Positions 27,536 through 41,398 of a stretch of DNA of 64,000 nucleotides are shown piece after piece (within the stretch, counting starts at the first letter, position 1; each line of letters starts with the position of its first letter). Origin of the DNA: Eukaryota sp. GEM-RC1. Lineage: Eukaryota. The stretch is taken from positions 2,108,001-2,172,000 of the forward strand of contig JAUFOQ010000006.1 of assembly GCA_040285855.1 (NCBI GenBank), given 5' to 3'. A program made the position numbers and the translations under genes. A model generated the notes under the pieces. That model searched no databases and was not told the origin of the DNA. It saw only the letters and a program-made list of their open reading frames with translations.

Positions 27536-27929
27536 CAGTGATTTAATTGTTCCATGATATAGCAACCACTTTATCTGTTCAATCAAAGATACTTCAGCAT
27601 ATAATAACATGTGTAAACAAAACTATCTCTCTGAACTAGAAAATAAAACAATTTAAATTTTTGTCCTTACCACCTATTAGTAGTGAGTTATTGCTTGTCC
27701 GATCTGTGAAACAGTCGTATCACCATTAGGGAATTGGCTGGCTGCCTAATGGAAGAAAACAGCTTTTGAGAAGGAGCTTGATTAGTACTAAGAAAACTAT
27801 GTGTAGGTCAGTTTCCGCAAAATACGCAAATTATTTACAGAGTCTTCCGAAGAGTTATCTTATATTTTTATGGAACAAAAACACTAAGATAAACACAAAT
27901 ACTAGAACTCAATATCATTAAAGCAACAA

Positions 27930-28375
27930 TCATGGCCATTGAAACTCACATCAGCGTTTCCTTCATAAAAAACACTGAGAGCTAATAGAGCTTTTGAAAT
28001 CATGATGGGAATTGTTTTAAATATTGTAAAAACAAAACGATTCAACCAAAACTTGAAATCAAATTTCTTGTTCATTCTTTTTTGACAACTTTTTCAAAAT
28101 CAGAGAGAAAACAAAGAGCATCTCTACCAAGTCAACCATAAATTGAAATTGCAAAAGGACATAATTTGTACTCAACATGTCTAATATGTTTGAGAGCAAT
28201 CAATGGTACATCATATTTGCTTCTCTTGTATTGTTCTGAAAAATTCAGTGAAGAAACTTCATTTTTAGCATCCTTGAATGCACTTTTTTGCAAACATCCA
28301 CAGTAATCACATCAACAACAGTTAGTTCATCATTGACTGATGGAACAATGACATCAACTCTTCTTTTACCAAAAG
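27930..28375 (-). mobile_element. 5'-truncated, decayed CRE/SLACS-like retrotransposon (restriction-like endonuclease region)
   Basis: Manual translation: FGKRRVDVIVP....TVVDVITVDVC...EQYKRSKY...LCPFAISIYG*LG..ALCFL...FWLNRFVFTIFK, i.e. the R.D...D...K..KY...P....G..G RLE pattern. Confidence 0.75.
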
Positions 28376-28534
28376 TCTTATCAGAATCACTATTTTTTAA
28401 GTTATAGTATTTATGATTTTATATTTGAACGAAGGTACTAGTATGGATCAAAAACATACTAGTATATTGAATATTTTCGATATAAAATATATTCAAACGC
28501 GTGATCATTGTAATAAATATACATGTAATCATAA

Positions 28535-28860
28535 ATGGATGTTCCACAGTAGATGTTTGTAACAAATTTTGTGTTAGTAGAATATTAGATTCTTCATTTT
28601 ATCCGTTAACAACTGCTGATAAGCCCAAGTATTCCAAGTATGACTCTCAAATGAAAGAAGTAACTTTCAAAATCATATTTCAAATTTGGGTTTCAATCTT
28701 TTGCTGTTTCTCTTTTGGATCAATTAGTGTGCTGATGATCAATTTTTTAAGGTTTTTGAAGAACTGTGTAAAGAAAAAAAAGGGCAAGATTAGAATGGCT
28801 GAATGGGACAACTGTAATGTGTTTTTTATATATCACCTTCAATCAAAAATTCCATAGTTG
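28535..28860 (+). mobile_element. Decayed CRE-like retrotransposon 3' fragment
   Basis: TVDVCN...ADKPKYSKYDSQ...FAVSL; DNA closely similar to the reverse complement of 40100-40380. Confidence 0.7.
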
Positions 28861-29282
28861 TGTGAAACAATAGTTCATAGTACAGAGTTGTTTTCCCAAT
28901 AATTTTTGACCAGGACATGTACATCAAATAGTTCAGTAACAAACATAGACCTCATTCATTTTGTTTAAAATGAATATTAAGAACAAATTTGTCTTTCACC
29001 GACGTCTTTCAACGACTGAAACAGAGATTATCTGTGAAACATTGTCTCAAAATTCTCGTTCTTGTGTTTACCTGTTACACCACATTATAAGGCATCTGAA
29101 TTTTGCAAATACGTTTAGTAAGAATGCCACTTTTGCAAAACGTTGTGAAAAGAATGTGTACTGTAAAGACGTAAACAAACTAGTTTAGTTAACAGCAAGA
29201 AAAGGTTACACTAGCTTTCTTTTCACGAACCACACAAGAGAAAAGAAGGCAAAGTACAATTACAATCTACAGTTCAATAGAG

Positions 29283-32200
29283 TTAAATTTGATAGACTCT
29301 TATCCAAGACAGGTTTGGTTGATCAAACAGTGAAGATTCTGCATACTTGTTGAGCAATTCAGCCCAATCAGAGCTGTATCTATTACTACTCGTCCTAAAG
29401 CAAACCACAAGATTTGGGAACACCTTAAGAGATGATGCAAAGTCTAAAGAAGTGGAAATTTCGTCTCGGATATTGAACTTACTACCGTTACAGTAAACAG
29501 AGTAAGAAGAATGCCGTCCATCTGAGTGCACATGAACAACACGAGAGCCATAGCTCCCACAAGAACAATAACCATATCTCTTACGACTCCAAGACATCAA
29601 ATACAGTGTAGAATCTTCAAACTTCAACTCAAACAATAGACTTTGAGAAGAAGCCAAATCAAAACTACTGATAGGTTTAGTTACTGTAAGAAGTAGTTTA
29701 GGGATGCAACGACAAATGTCTAGTACAGATTGAGGAATATCATCAAATTCTGATGGAATGTCGGATGAATCACAGTAGGTACGGAAAAATAACTTTAACT
29801 TTTGCACTAACTCATGTTTCTGGTCAGATAAAGCCCTTACAGTTTCATTTTCAATCAACTCTTGAACCTCAGGTGTCTCGAAAATAGGTTTGATATCGAG
29901 TTTTTCAAAAGAACTAAGAGAAGTAGAATCTAACAACTCAATTACTAAAGATACCCACTCACAAGGGAAATACACAGTGAGAAAGCAAGAAAGTGGAAAA
30001 TAATTCCCAGATTGTTTAGTATAAGAAAGAAGAACATTAATGTCAAAATCATTAACGTGTTTGTCAGTGGTCCAATCAGAAGACAAACGGACACCCCACA
30101 TATTAACAAAATTTGTACATAAATCATCAATGATTGACTGATCCTCATTACTTGAAAAGAACTAGCCACACAACAGAATAAGTGAACCAAATATTCATAT
30201 CTCTCATAAATCCAGTGTTCGGGGTTTTTGAAGTTCTTGAATTGAGAAACTACAGCACATGGTAACTTGTATACCTTCTTTTCTTGAGTACACACAGAGA
30301 TTTTGAAGATTTCTTCATTCAAGTTAACGTGTTTCAGCAAATCAGGAACGTGATCATAAATTGAATAGATTGACGATTTAGTGATCATCAATTGAATACA
30401 AGACTTCATAAATTTAAGATCCTTTAGTTCAATAGCAAGAGAAACTAGGGGATAGACGTGAGTAGGTTCAAGTTGAAGTATATCCCATCGTCCTTTTAAA
30501 AACGCAAGGATCTGATCGTCAAAAACAAAACGTTCATGAACAAGGATCTTTTTCCAAGATTCAGCTTCATCTTCAAAAGCAACACAGTAATAGAAGTACA
30601 TCAAAAGTACAATCATCTGACGTTCAGAACTGTCGTCAACTAAAGCAAGTGATTCAGTTAAAGACAAGTTCAAAGGAGCAGTAAAGAACGGGGAGGTTTT
30701 GGGAATACGAACATGAACATTGGAGAAGTAAATCAACAACTTAATGAAAAGAGGAGAATTTCTGTAAAAAAGAAGATCTAAAAGCTGAGGACCACAGTCT
30801 CTGTAACCATCAAGCTCGGGATCAGAGAAAGTACCAACAGTGGGCAACACCCTATCAATACAATTACACATAAACTGTTTAGAAAATCGTTCATCCTTGT
30901 GTTGATTTTTCGAATGGGAAAGACATATGAGTAACCAAATTGAAGTGGTTGGACAGAAGTTCCAGTCAATAGAAGAAAAAAACTCAAAAGAAAACGATGC
31001 TGTTCCGCTTCTATATGAATGAAAGGGGCTGTTAACTAATTTTAAACTTGGCGATTCAATGAACCTAATTAAAGTCGAAGAATAACTAAATGCAAGTAAA
31101 TCACGAAAATAATCAAAATAATCAAATGTAAATGAGAGGGACGTGACAACAAAACCTAGCTCAACACAATTAACAATAAACTCATGTGAAAATCTTTCAT
31201 CATTACCATTTTTCTTTGAAAGTGAAAGACAAAGAAGAAGCCACAAACGAATTAAAGGAGCTTGATTCCACTTCAAATTATTAAAAAATTCAAATGAGAA
31301 TATTTGTGGTTCTTGACAAATAAAGTCACCTTGTGTTCGGTCAGAACCACTCCAATGTTGATTTTTTCTCAGAGAATTCATCACAGCATTCTCAACCATC
31401 AAATATGACTGAAGACGGTCAGCAAGTTCAAAGAACTTTGGAGGAGGAGATGAAGAGAACCGAAAGGAGCAGCTGTTTAAACAACTAGAAACTTCCAAAT
31501 CAGTCATACCAAGGTCAGTTACATCAATTGGAGAGTTAAAATCGTCTTCTAAATCATAAATATGCTTTGAATTAAGGTGAAACCGTGATTCCCCATTAAT
31601 TACTACAACATTAGATTCTCTCACAATTAGTCTCGGAACAACTACTCGTGAAGAATAAACATTGATTTCTTGAGATAAAAGAGTCTCGTCTTGAAGTGGT
31701 AGGACAACTGAGGTATAAACAGCTTTACCACTGACATTAGAAACATCAATTGATTTGAGATTCGACATAAAACCTTCCACAGACCATTCAGTAGTTCTAA
31801 AGGAAAGCCAGGAATTAACGTACAACTTAAGTAACCATAGAGCTTGGTCATTACGAATATATTTGTGAATAATCTCAATATTTAATTTTTTAAATGTTGG
31901 GATTTGTAGAGTAGAAGCGGGTTCATGTCGTAGAACTTTTGGAACAATACTTGCAAAGAATTCAAAGAAAGAAAGATCGTTTTCAGCAGTCAATTGTAGA
32001 CACGAAATTAACCAATCAAATGGAATTGAAGTAGGTTTGATGTGAATTTTAAAAAGATTGATAGAAAAGTTAATCACAACGTCATCAAATTGGCCCTCTT
32101 TTGTCTGTAACAGAGGTTGAATTACTGTTTCATAAACAAAGCTCAATTTCAAAGAATCTGAAACAAACTCCATCAAAATTGATTGAAACTGATCACGAGA

Positions 32201-33540
32201 CCATGATGACGTCATAGGGTCAAAAAACGACTGTACAAGAGTTTTAAACTTCCAGTCCTCGTCACTGTCCTTCAACTGCACCATAACCTCAGGACTTACA
32301 GTAAGAGGTGGAATTGGTTTTCCATATTGATTGCGGATCTTGATAACGTCATCAATAATAGACCTATCTAAACGATCAGCAGTTGAGATACACCAAGAAA
32401 TCCAAGAAGAAGAGGTAGAAGATGAAATGGAATCAAACTTGGAAAGAAAAGAGACTGACTTATTAAGGAGAAGTTTTAAAAACAACTCATTATCTTTGAG
32501 TGGCTCTATTAGGGTTTCAAAAAGATTGTCACATCATCACAGTCAGAACAGAATTGATCAATCAATTGTTCAATAATGGAAAGAGGTGGTAAAGTAGGAA
32601 CTTCTGATTGAAAGCACTTAACCATTGAAGCAATTCTCCAAACAATGTTCAACTCAGAAAGTTTAATTAGAGTGGTAGGTTTTAGAGAGATCGGAGGTAA
32701 CGAAGAAGAACTAAAATGGGATAGATACGGGTGTATTATGTTGAGTAAAGTCTCATCAGATTCAGCATCAGCTCTTTCCAACAACTTCAATGCCCATTCT
32801 TTCTCCACAGGAAGTTTTGTTTTAATGAGTTCATCAATGACCAATGACATTGACTGGCAAGAGACACTATTAGATAGATAATACAAGTCATAGATGTTAT
32901 CAAGGTCAAAGTGAACCTGAACTCCATAGAGAGAGGAGAAAAAGAGAGAGACATTGTCAACACTGATTGAAGAGGATATGAAGTTAGCATCAAAGTCATA
33001 GTGATCAACATCGTGTTCATTTTTCCATAACTTCAGGAAGAACTTGCAACTGTGACCAAGGATGAATCGATGTACGGGCAAAGTAAGGGATCCGAAGGAT
33101 ATGCGGTAGTCACAGAACTTCTTTTCCTTCCAGATTGTTGACAGAATCTGAGTCGAGTTTAAACTGATTATGTTCTGGCTTGAATCAACGGCATATTCGG
33201 TACATGCAGATATAAGAGGAGCAACTTTGAAGAACTTGGCCAGATATGAAAAGTCAGGCAGAGTCTCTGGAGAAAGTTCCAATGCCAGCCCAAAGAAAAA
33301 ACCAAAGAATTTGGTGACAGTATCGGAAACTGCTTCAATGTCATCAACGTAATCTAGTTCTGGAATGCCTTGACTGTCGGAAAGCTTGGCTAACGCTCTA
33401 GAGAGCCGGGGAGATGATTGCTCCAGAACGGCTTTGTGTAACTTAAAACGTCCATTGTTTGACAGCACTACTACATCATGGATGGTTGCATCCCGATAGA
33501 GTGATGCAAGGATCGATGAGGCTTCTAGCTGGAAAGACAT
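29283..33540 (-). CDS. Large tandem BTB/POZ protein (~1,420 aa) with helical repeats
   Basis: BTB1 (HDVVV...FKLHKAVLEQSSP) and BTB2 (FCDYRISFG..TLPVHRFILGHSCKFF); three ORFs joined by single-T shifts near 32519-32523 and 30155-30158. Confidence 0.8.
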
Positions 33541-34103
33541 TGAGACTTTCGAAATTGCAAAAATTTGATACATCTAGAATAACCTCACAACTATTGTTTG
33601 CAGATGTTGAAAGCTACACACTAACTATAGAACAAGAAAGATAAACCAGTACAACTTGTACCAGTACTCTTTAATAATCTAAACACCAGAATACCTAATG
33701 AACAGCATCGACATACATCACCATGACCAAAAAAGAACCAACCGACAGTGTTAGCAAATAGTAAATAGAACTGTCGACAAGAGTCACAGCCTCCGCACCA
33801 TTTCACTGATTAGTTCTTACTTGAGATTCCAAGCTATAGACTGCTCACGAGTTTAAAATTGGAGGGTCTATAGTATAAGCAATCAAAACTGACATAATAG
33901 ATTGAAACAATACATCTGTTTATTATGCTTAAATGAGAGAGTAAACTGAACTGAGAAAAAATAAACAAACAACACTTTGCAGCAAGTGTTTTAGATTTTC
34001 ATAAACAACAATAAGAATAAAGTACAATCAAAAAGAAACCAATAATGAGAGAAACTTCCCTCTATAATACATACACAAATAATTCAATAATTCAAACTAA
34101 AAC

Positions 34104-35218
34104 TTACTTCCAAACAAACCTATTTCGACTGCTTCGTTTGTAAGGAGGTTTAGTCTGAGGCTGGCTTTTAGTACAACCCCCTTTATCTGATAAAACTATA
34201 GCTGAATCCAACCCCAACCAGCTATCCTCATTAAAAGGAAGATCAGACTTGTTCAAAGTACAAACGAACTGGCCTTTACCCGAGGGAGTTGCAGTCACGT
34301 CATTGATTGAATCAGAAGAAGCAGGAGGATCAGAAGTGATTGATGATGAATCATCTTGCCAATCATTTTCACTGAAGGGCAACGAGTCATTCCAGACGTC
34401 ATTAGTCCTAATAAAGGCATCTTTCTTCAGTCTCCTCGAGGTCCTAGTCCAGTACAACTTCCACCAACTCTTGGGAAGGGAAGAGACCTTGGCAATGGAG
34501 GTGGGAGTGTCAATGTAATCATCGTAATCATAGCAGTTGTTACGTTCCTCAGGAAGGGGAGAGTGGAAAGAAGAAGGGGTGGAGCATCTAAGAGCACGTG
34601 CTGAGGCTGACCTTGGTTGTATAGAGGCTTCAAGTGAAGGGCAATCAGGGGCTTTGGAGAAACGTAGATGTGAAGTACGCATTGATCGTTCCATGATGTC
34701 AGACTGTTTTTTAGGAGAGACTGGAGTGGACTTACATCGAGAAGGAGATGGGTAAGGATAGTAGCATTGAGAGGAAGAGGAATGCGGGGGCATAGGAGAA
34801 GGGGTCATTTTGAGTGTCTTGGTAAGGGTAAGTGTGGATGTGTACATTGGTCTGGCAGAAACTGGAGACGTGAAAGAAACTGCTGGAGCGGTGGAAGGTT
34901 TAGGTGTGAGTTCAAGTGGTTTGACAGTTGGGGATGGCGGTACAGAAGGCGAAGAAGGAGTTGGCATGCGGTTAACTGAAGCATGAAAAGAGATGGAGAT
35001 TGAGCTAACCTTCTGGACCATGATCCAACAGATGATCGTGATTGTGGAGAAGAAGAAACTACAGGGGGAACTCCTGACTCCGAGATATTGATGAATCTGG
35101 GTGATGTTGGAATCATGCCATGATTTGTTTGAAACTTACAACGGTCATGTGAAGTAGTTGCCAGAAGATCCCTCCGCATATGTTGTAAGCTGAGACGGTC
35201 AACATGTTGCGCCTTCAT
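34104..35218 (-). CDS. Ser/Pro-rich hypothetical protein
   Basis: Two ORFs joinable at the A4 run 34986-34989; low complexity; divergent from XDH (57 bp between ATGs). Confidence 0.55.
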
Positions 35219-35275
35219 AATCAGGCTTTAGGAGAAATAGCTTTGGTCGAAGAAAATCTGCCTACTCAATAATCC

Positions 35276-38200
35276 ATGTCCCTACTGTTCTTTCTCAATG
35301 GAACTTCATATTCTCTATCTAGTTTTGATCCCACACAGAATTTCGCATCATGGCTAGAAAAGTCCAACTTTCGTGGAACAAAAGTAGCTTGCTCTGAAGG
35401 AGGCTGTGGAGCTTGTACTGTTCTGCAAAGTTTCTATGATAGTGACTTAAACAAGGTTGTTCATCGACCTGTTCTAGCTTGTCTTCTTCCTCTCGCTGCA
35501 ATCCACGGCACTTGTATAACTTCTGTTGAGGGTCTTGGTTCCACTAAAACCTGTCTTCATCCCATTCAACAACGCATGGTTGATTTACATGCCACTCAAT
35601 GTGGGTTCTGCACTCCTGGTATGCTTCCTTTACTCTCTTACCCTAGGAATTGTCATGCACATTTATGCTTTCCTTCTTAATAACCCTGACCCTTCAGTAA
35701 AGGATATTGAGGATTCCTTTTCAGCTGCTCCTAATCTTTGTCGATGTACTGGTGTTTGTTTTACTTTACTTATATTTACTTTAGTACAGACCTATTCTTG
35801 ATGCAGCAAAGACCTTTGCCAAAGATAGTCCTAACAAAATCCCCTGTCACAATGATGCCTTTAACTTCTCTTTTCCCCCCGAACTTCAGTCATTCGATAG
35901 GTCTTTCTCTTACTTCAATGACACTTGTAAATGGTTTGCTCCACCCCTTCTCTCTTCTCTCCTACAACTTAAAAACAACATCCCAATGCTAAGTTTGTAG
36001 GAGGTAACTCTGAGCTAGGAGTACAACGGAATCTTTTAGATATTCAACCAGAGATTTGTCTCTTTACTGCTAATGTTGCTGAACTCTCTACTACCTCTCA
36101 TACTTCTTCTCATGTTAGATTCGGAGCGGGGATCACCATTGCTTCTCTTGCTGACTCTTGCAGGCAACTTGCTTCCACTCTTCCCTCCTCCAAAACCTCT
36201 TGTCTACTCTCTCTAGCCAATCAGACTGATCATTTTGCATCTGGTCACGTAAAAGGGATCGCTACTCTTGCCGGAAACGTAGTCACTGCCAGTCCAGTCT
36301 CTGATCTCTTACCAGTTCTGCTCTCCTGCCAAGCTGTGTTCATTGCGAGTAAGATTACTGATGAGGGGAAGGTTGTTGAAAGGAGAATTGAAGGAAATGA
36401 TTGGATAGTTGGGTATAGGAAAGTTGCATTAGGAGAAGACGAGATCTTAGTTGGAGTTGAGGTTCCTTTATGTCGAAAAGGGGAATATGTTAAGAATTTT
36501 AAAATTTCAAAGAGGAAGGAAGATGATATCGCGATTGTTAATGGTGGTATCCGAATGCTTCTAACTCCACAAGATCAATCATATTTGATTGAAGAATGTT
36601 CTCTTGTTTTTGGAGGAATGTCCCCCATCACTAAGATCTGCACTAAAACTTCCAAGTTTTTGACTCTTAAACCACTCACTAACGAAGTTCTTTACGAAGG
36701 CCTCAAAGTCTTAGCTTATGAACTTAAGCTGTCCTTGGACGCTCCTGGGGGAATGATCAAGTTTAGAATGACGATGTGTGGTACTTTCCTTTCTCAGTTT
36801 TGGGAGGAAATCACCTCGAAGTTACACGGACATGTCGACGTCACCAATCTCAATCAATCAAATCCAATCGAACAATACAAGAGCACTCAGACCTACGAGC
36901 ACTCATCTTCCCTCATTGGTTCTACTATCCCACGTGCTTCTGGTCCTTCTCATACAACTGGAGAGTCAGTATACTCTTTAACAAGACCACCTCCCTATGG
37001 AGTTGTCCATGCAGTCATTGTCCAGGCTCCAGCTGCTCACGGAAGAATATTGGGGATTGATGATAGTAAAGCTATGGAAGTTGAGGGTGTGTTGGCTGTT
37101 GTTACGGCAAAAGATTTAAAAAATGCAAAGAAATTTGGACCAATAATAGATGATGAAGATATTCTTGCTGCTGAAGAATTCGTTTACGAAGGACAGCCTG
37201 TAGCTTTAGTTCTTTCTGAGTCCTATGATACAGCTAGATCAGCTTCAAAGCTGGTTAAGGTCTCATATGAAGAACTTCCATCAATTCTAACTATCGAACA
37301 AGCCATTGAACAGGATAAGTTCCTTGTACCACAGAAATCATTAATTCAAGGCGACATTACTGCTCTCGAAAGTCAATCAGATGCGATTGTCTCAGGTGAA
37401 GTCAGACTAAAGGATCAAGAACATTTCTATTTTGAAACTCAAAACGTCACCATCATTCCTGGTGAAGAGTATACCGTCTTTGCTTCTACTCAGAACCCTA
37501 CAGAAGCGCAACACGTCGTTGCTCATACCCTTGGAGTTCCCTTTAACCAAGTCAATGTCAAGGTAATTAGACTGGGAGGAGCTTTTGGAGGCAAGGAGAC
37601 GGCTCTTCTGCTCCCAGCACTTGCTGCGGTGGCAGTTGGTGTCGTTAATAGACCTGTTAGACTAGCCTTGACTAGACAAGAAGATTTCATTCTGACTGGC
37701 AAGAAACATCCTTTCCTATTCAAGTACAGAGCTGGATTCTCCAAAGAAGGAAAGTTTCTGTTTAGAGATATGGAGCTCTTTTCAAACGGAGGATGCTCAC
37801 TAGATCTGTCTCCTGCCATTCTCGAACGGGCTCTATTCCATTCTGATGGCGTTTACAAGGCTGAAGCTTCTAGAGTTGTGGGTCGAGTTTGCTTCTCAAA
37901 CAGACCTTCCAACACCGCTTTTAGAGGCTTTGGAGGTCCTAAAGGACTACTTGTAGCTGAGGAGATCATGGCAAAGGCAGCCTTAGCTCTGGGTATGGAC
38001 GAAGAAGAATTAAAGGAGAAGAATCTCTATACTGAAGGTGATTTGACTCATTTTGATATGAAACTGGTGGACTGTAATATCAAGAAAGCATGGGACCAGA
38101 TCAAAGAGTCTTCTGAATTCTCGAGAAGGAAGACCGCGATTGACCTTTTCAATGTTGCAGATCCTGTTATTAAACGAGGTATTTCCATGCAAGCAATTAA

Positions 38201-39176
38201 ATTTGGTATAAGTTTCACTAAAACCTTCATGAACAAAGCAGCTGCCCTCGTCACTGCCTATACTGATGGCTCAGTTCTAGTAAGTAGTGGAGGAATAGAG
38301 ATGGGCAATGGACTTAATCTGAAACTTCAAATGATTGCTGCTGATTGTCTTGGAATCGACATCAAGAATATTCGAATTGGTGAGACATCGACTGATAAAT
38401 GTCCAAATACGTCACCAACAGCAGCCAGTACTGGCACTGACTTAAATGGAAAAGCTGTCGAGGACGCTTGTTTGAAAATTTTAGAAAATTTAAAACCTCT
38501 AAAAGAACAATTTCCAGAAGCCTCCTTTGCTGAGCTTTGCAACAAGGCCTTCTTTGAACGAATTCCCACCACTTCCACTGGTTACTACGCCACTCCCATC
38601 AATGGTTGGGACTGGGACAAGGGAACTGGAGATCCTTTCTACTACTTTACTTACGGAGCTGCTTGTGTTGAGAGTGAAATTAACACTAGAACAGGGGAAA
38701 TGAGAGTAATGAGGGCAGATATCCTTATGGATGGAGGTTCATCTATTAATCCCGCTGTAGATATTGGTCAGATAGAAGGTGCTTTCCTTCAGGGATTAGG
38801 TTGGTTGACAATGGAGGAAATAGTGAGATCAAAGAGCGGTAAAGTGATTTCTCAAGGTCCGGGTGCTTATAAGCTGCCCACGTTTACTGATATTCCACGT
38901 GATTTTAGAGTTTCTTTAATGAAGGGGGTTCCTAATCCTAAGGCCATTAAATCTTCTAAAGGTATTGGTGAACCTCCAACTTCTTTGGTTGGGACTGTGT
39001 ATAATTCTATTCGATATGCTGTGAATTCTTATAGGAATGATAAGGGACTGCCTTTAATTTCGTCGTTTGGTTTCCCTGCTTCTGTTAATAGAGTTCGTTT
39101 AGCTTGTCCTGATGAAGTTTCTGCTTTAATGACTTCTGTTTATGGTGATGACGATAATGAAGTCGATATTTATTAG
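35276..39176 (+). CDS. XDH: Xanthine dehydrogenase/oxidoreductase (2Fe-2S, FAD, Mo-cofactor)
   Basis: [38 protein letters not shown] (introns 35619-35646, 35754-35784); A5->A6 at 35971 restores [43 protein letters not shown]. Confidence 0.96.
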
Positions 39177-39969
39177 TTTTTTTCAAAGCTGAGAAATGGA
39201 TTTCTGTTTTTGTGATCAATATATACACCGTTTTTTGTAAGATTTGACTTTGGTTCAACAAACGATTCAATTATATTGTGAATTACTCATTGCATGAATT
39301 TAGTCCTTATTTGACTTGTCATTTGACTCCAAAGGCTTGACTAATTTGTTGACTTAACCTGTTACTATACTAATCGATGTCTGTTTGTGACTTTCTTCAT
39401 AATCTATCTTGTATTTATAGGTGATAGTCTTCTCAAGATAGGACACATATTGTTACTATCCTACTTTACTTTATATAAAAATGAAAGACAAAAGTGCCTC
39501 ACATTGTATACTGTGTTTTTAATCAAGGACATGGTCGTGTGATAAGTTGTCAATTTGGTCAGTCTCTTTTGGTCTTTATTGATGTTGATGTTGTCGAGTC
39601 TTCAACAGCATTATGCAAAAGCTTGATTTTCTAAAAATTTGTCACATATTTGGGAGCAGATAATGTGATGTACTGGAAATAGTACCTGCTTGCTACATTC
39701 ACTCTATAGATCTTGGTTAGATTATGTGCTTAATTGCGGTTGTTGACGTCTGATTTACATTCTACTTAACTAAGTACTATTATATCAATGACCTACAAAG
39801 CAATTCCTTTTAACTAAGTTAAATCTTATTGGAATTTTGACTGGCAATATGGACATGTAATTTCTTTATACTTATAAGATCTGGCTTAAAAGATAAAACG
39901 ACATAACAAAATATATATCTATATGTAGTAATAAACAAGTATACAATCAGGTAACTCGTATACGAAAGA

Positions 39970-40097
39970 CTTTATTCGGTACGCAAAATGCCAGCCTTCC
40001 TTCAACACTGTGAATTTGCAAAAACAAAAATATACACTCAAACTAAATCCAAACGACTTCATCCCTATCCGGTAAAAGAGTGCGTTTTCGACATTAA
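39970..40097 (+). mobile_element. Fragment related to hAT family B interior
   Basis: TTTATTCGG...AAAAACAAA...TAAATCCAAACGACTTCATC...CCGGTAAAAGA matches ~1635-1760; no TIRs found. Confidence 0.6.
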
Positions 40098-40099
40098 CC

Positions 40100-40380
40100 T
40101 TCACACCAAACTTGTACAGTGTTTCAACTAAATTTGAGAAACAGAAAGGCATAGTACGATATATGGAAAACACTATACGGTTTTTCCATTCAGACATCCT
40201 AAACTTACGCTTCTTTGCTTTACAAAGTTCTTCAAAATCCTTAAAAGACTGATCACCTGCAGGACTAAACGATCCAAATAGAGAAACAGCAAAAGATGAA
40301 ACACAAATTTGTAATACAATTTTTGATTTAATTCTTCTACTTGAGAGTCATACTTGGAATGCTTGAGTTTTTCTGCAAAA
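40100..40380 (-). mobile_element. Decayed CRE-like retrotransposon 3' fragment
   Basis: AEKLKHSKYDSQ...FAVSLFGSFSPAGDQ...WKNRIVFSIYR. Confidence 0.72.
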
Positions 40381-41398
40381 ATCTAATATTCATATACAGT
40401 ATGAACAAATATAATTTAAAACTAACTCAGTACTTTCTCCAACAATCTACAATCTTCTTGACATAAGAGTAAACAGTGATAAAACCAGTACAAGAAACAA
40501 TTTGATCACAAGATGAACAATCGTTTTCACTGAGGGAAGGAAAACACTGTAGAAAAGAAACTCCAAATAACGGCCCCTTCCAGAGTTCAGATAAAACATG
40601 GAACCAGGCAACAAATACAGATGATCGGTTGAAACATTTGAGAGTTCCACCTCAACCCCTTCCGTTGAGTATGGAACATCACAGCTGATTTGTTTGACGA
40701 AGTGTTGGGTAATGGTAGATATCAATGTGGTAGAACAGCACCGAAGGTAAAAAATTCATTGACAAATGCTCCAAGAATCTTCATTGTAAAGAGGAGGGGC
40801 ACTGAAAGCTCAACACTCTCATAACAATAAGAACCTTAAGACAAACAGCAATCAGGGTTCAAAGCCATTATAGACGAGAGGACAACGGAGAAGTTTGTCT
40901 GGTTGTTAAGCAAAAGGTCAATTCTATGACGTGGCATTCTGGAACAGGTTTATAACCCTCTTCATTTTGAACCTCCACTTTCCATTACTTTCGTTTTGAA
41001 TTCACAAACTGTGATACGGTGATTGATCCTTTGTTGCTCTAAATCGAATCCTGCATACCATCTATAAATGACTTGCAACTTTTATTCCATGATGTTGCAG
41101 ATGTGATTTCTGATCAACCACATAACAACAATCCTGATAAACGCATCGTCTGTCGTTCATTGCATAATGCTCAATTGATAGTGACGGTTGCTATACGCCC
41201 TCCGATTTCTCAATTCTCACCACACAATACCATCACCCACCATCAATGTCCTACATGACGTCTTCTAGCTCAAAATCTGCTCACCGTTGTTCCAAAATCG
41301 GTTCTTAACTGGCATTCTTATAATTGCAAAACTGGCGTCATCTATGACAAAATCTGATTTTTGAACTTTTCTCCTTCTCCTTTTCTAACCGATCACAT

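Noticed and set aside
40447..41258. Short ORFs upstream of the APC transporter
   Set aside because: No recognisable motif or consistent frame; cannot be supported as a gene.
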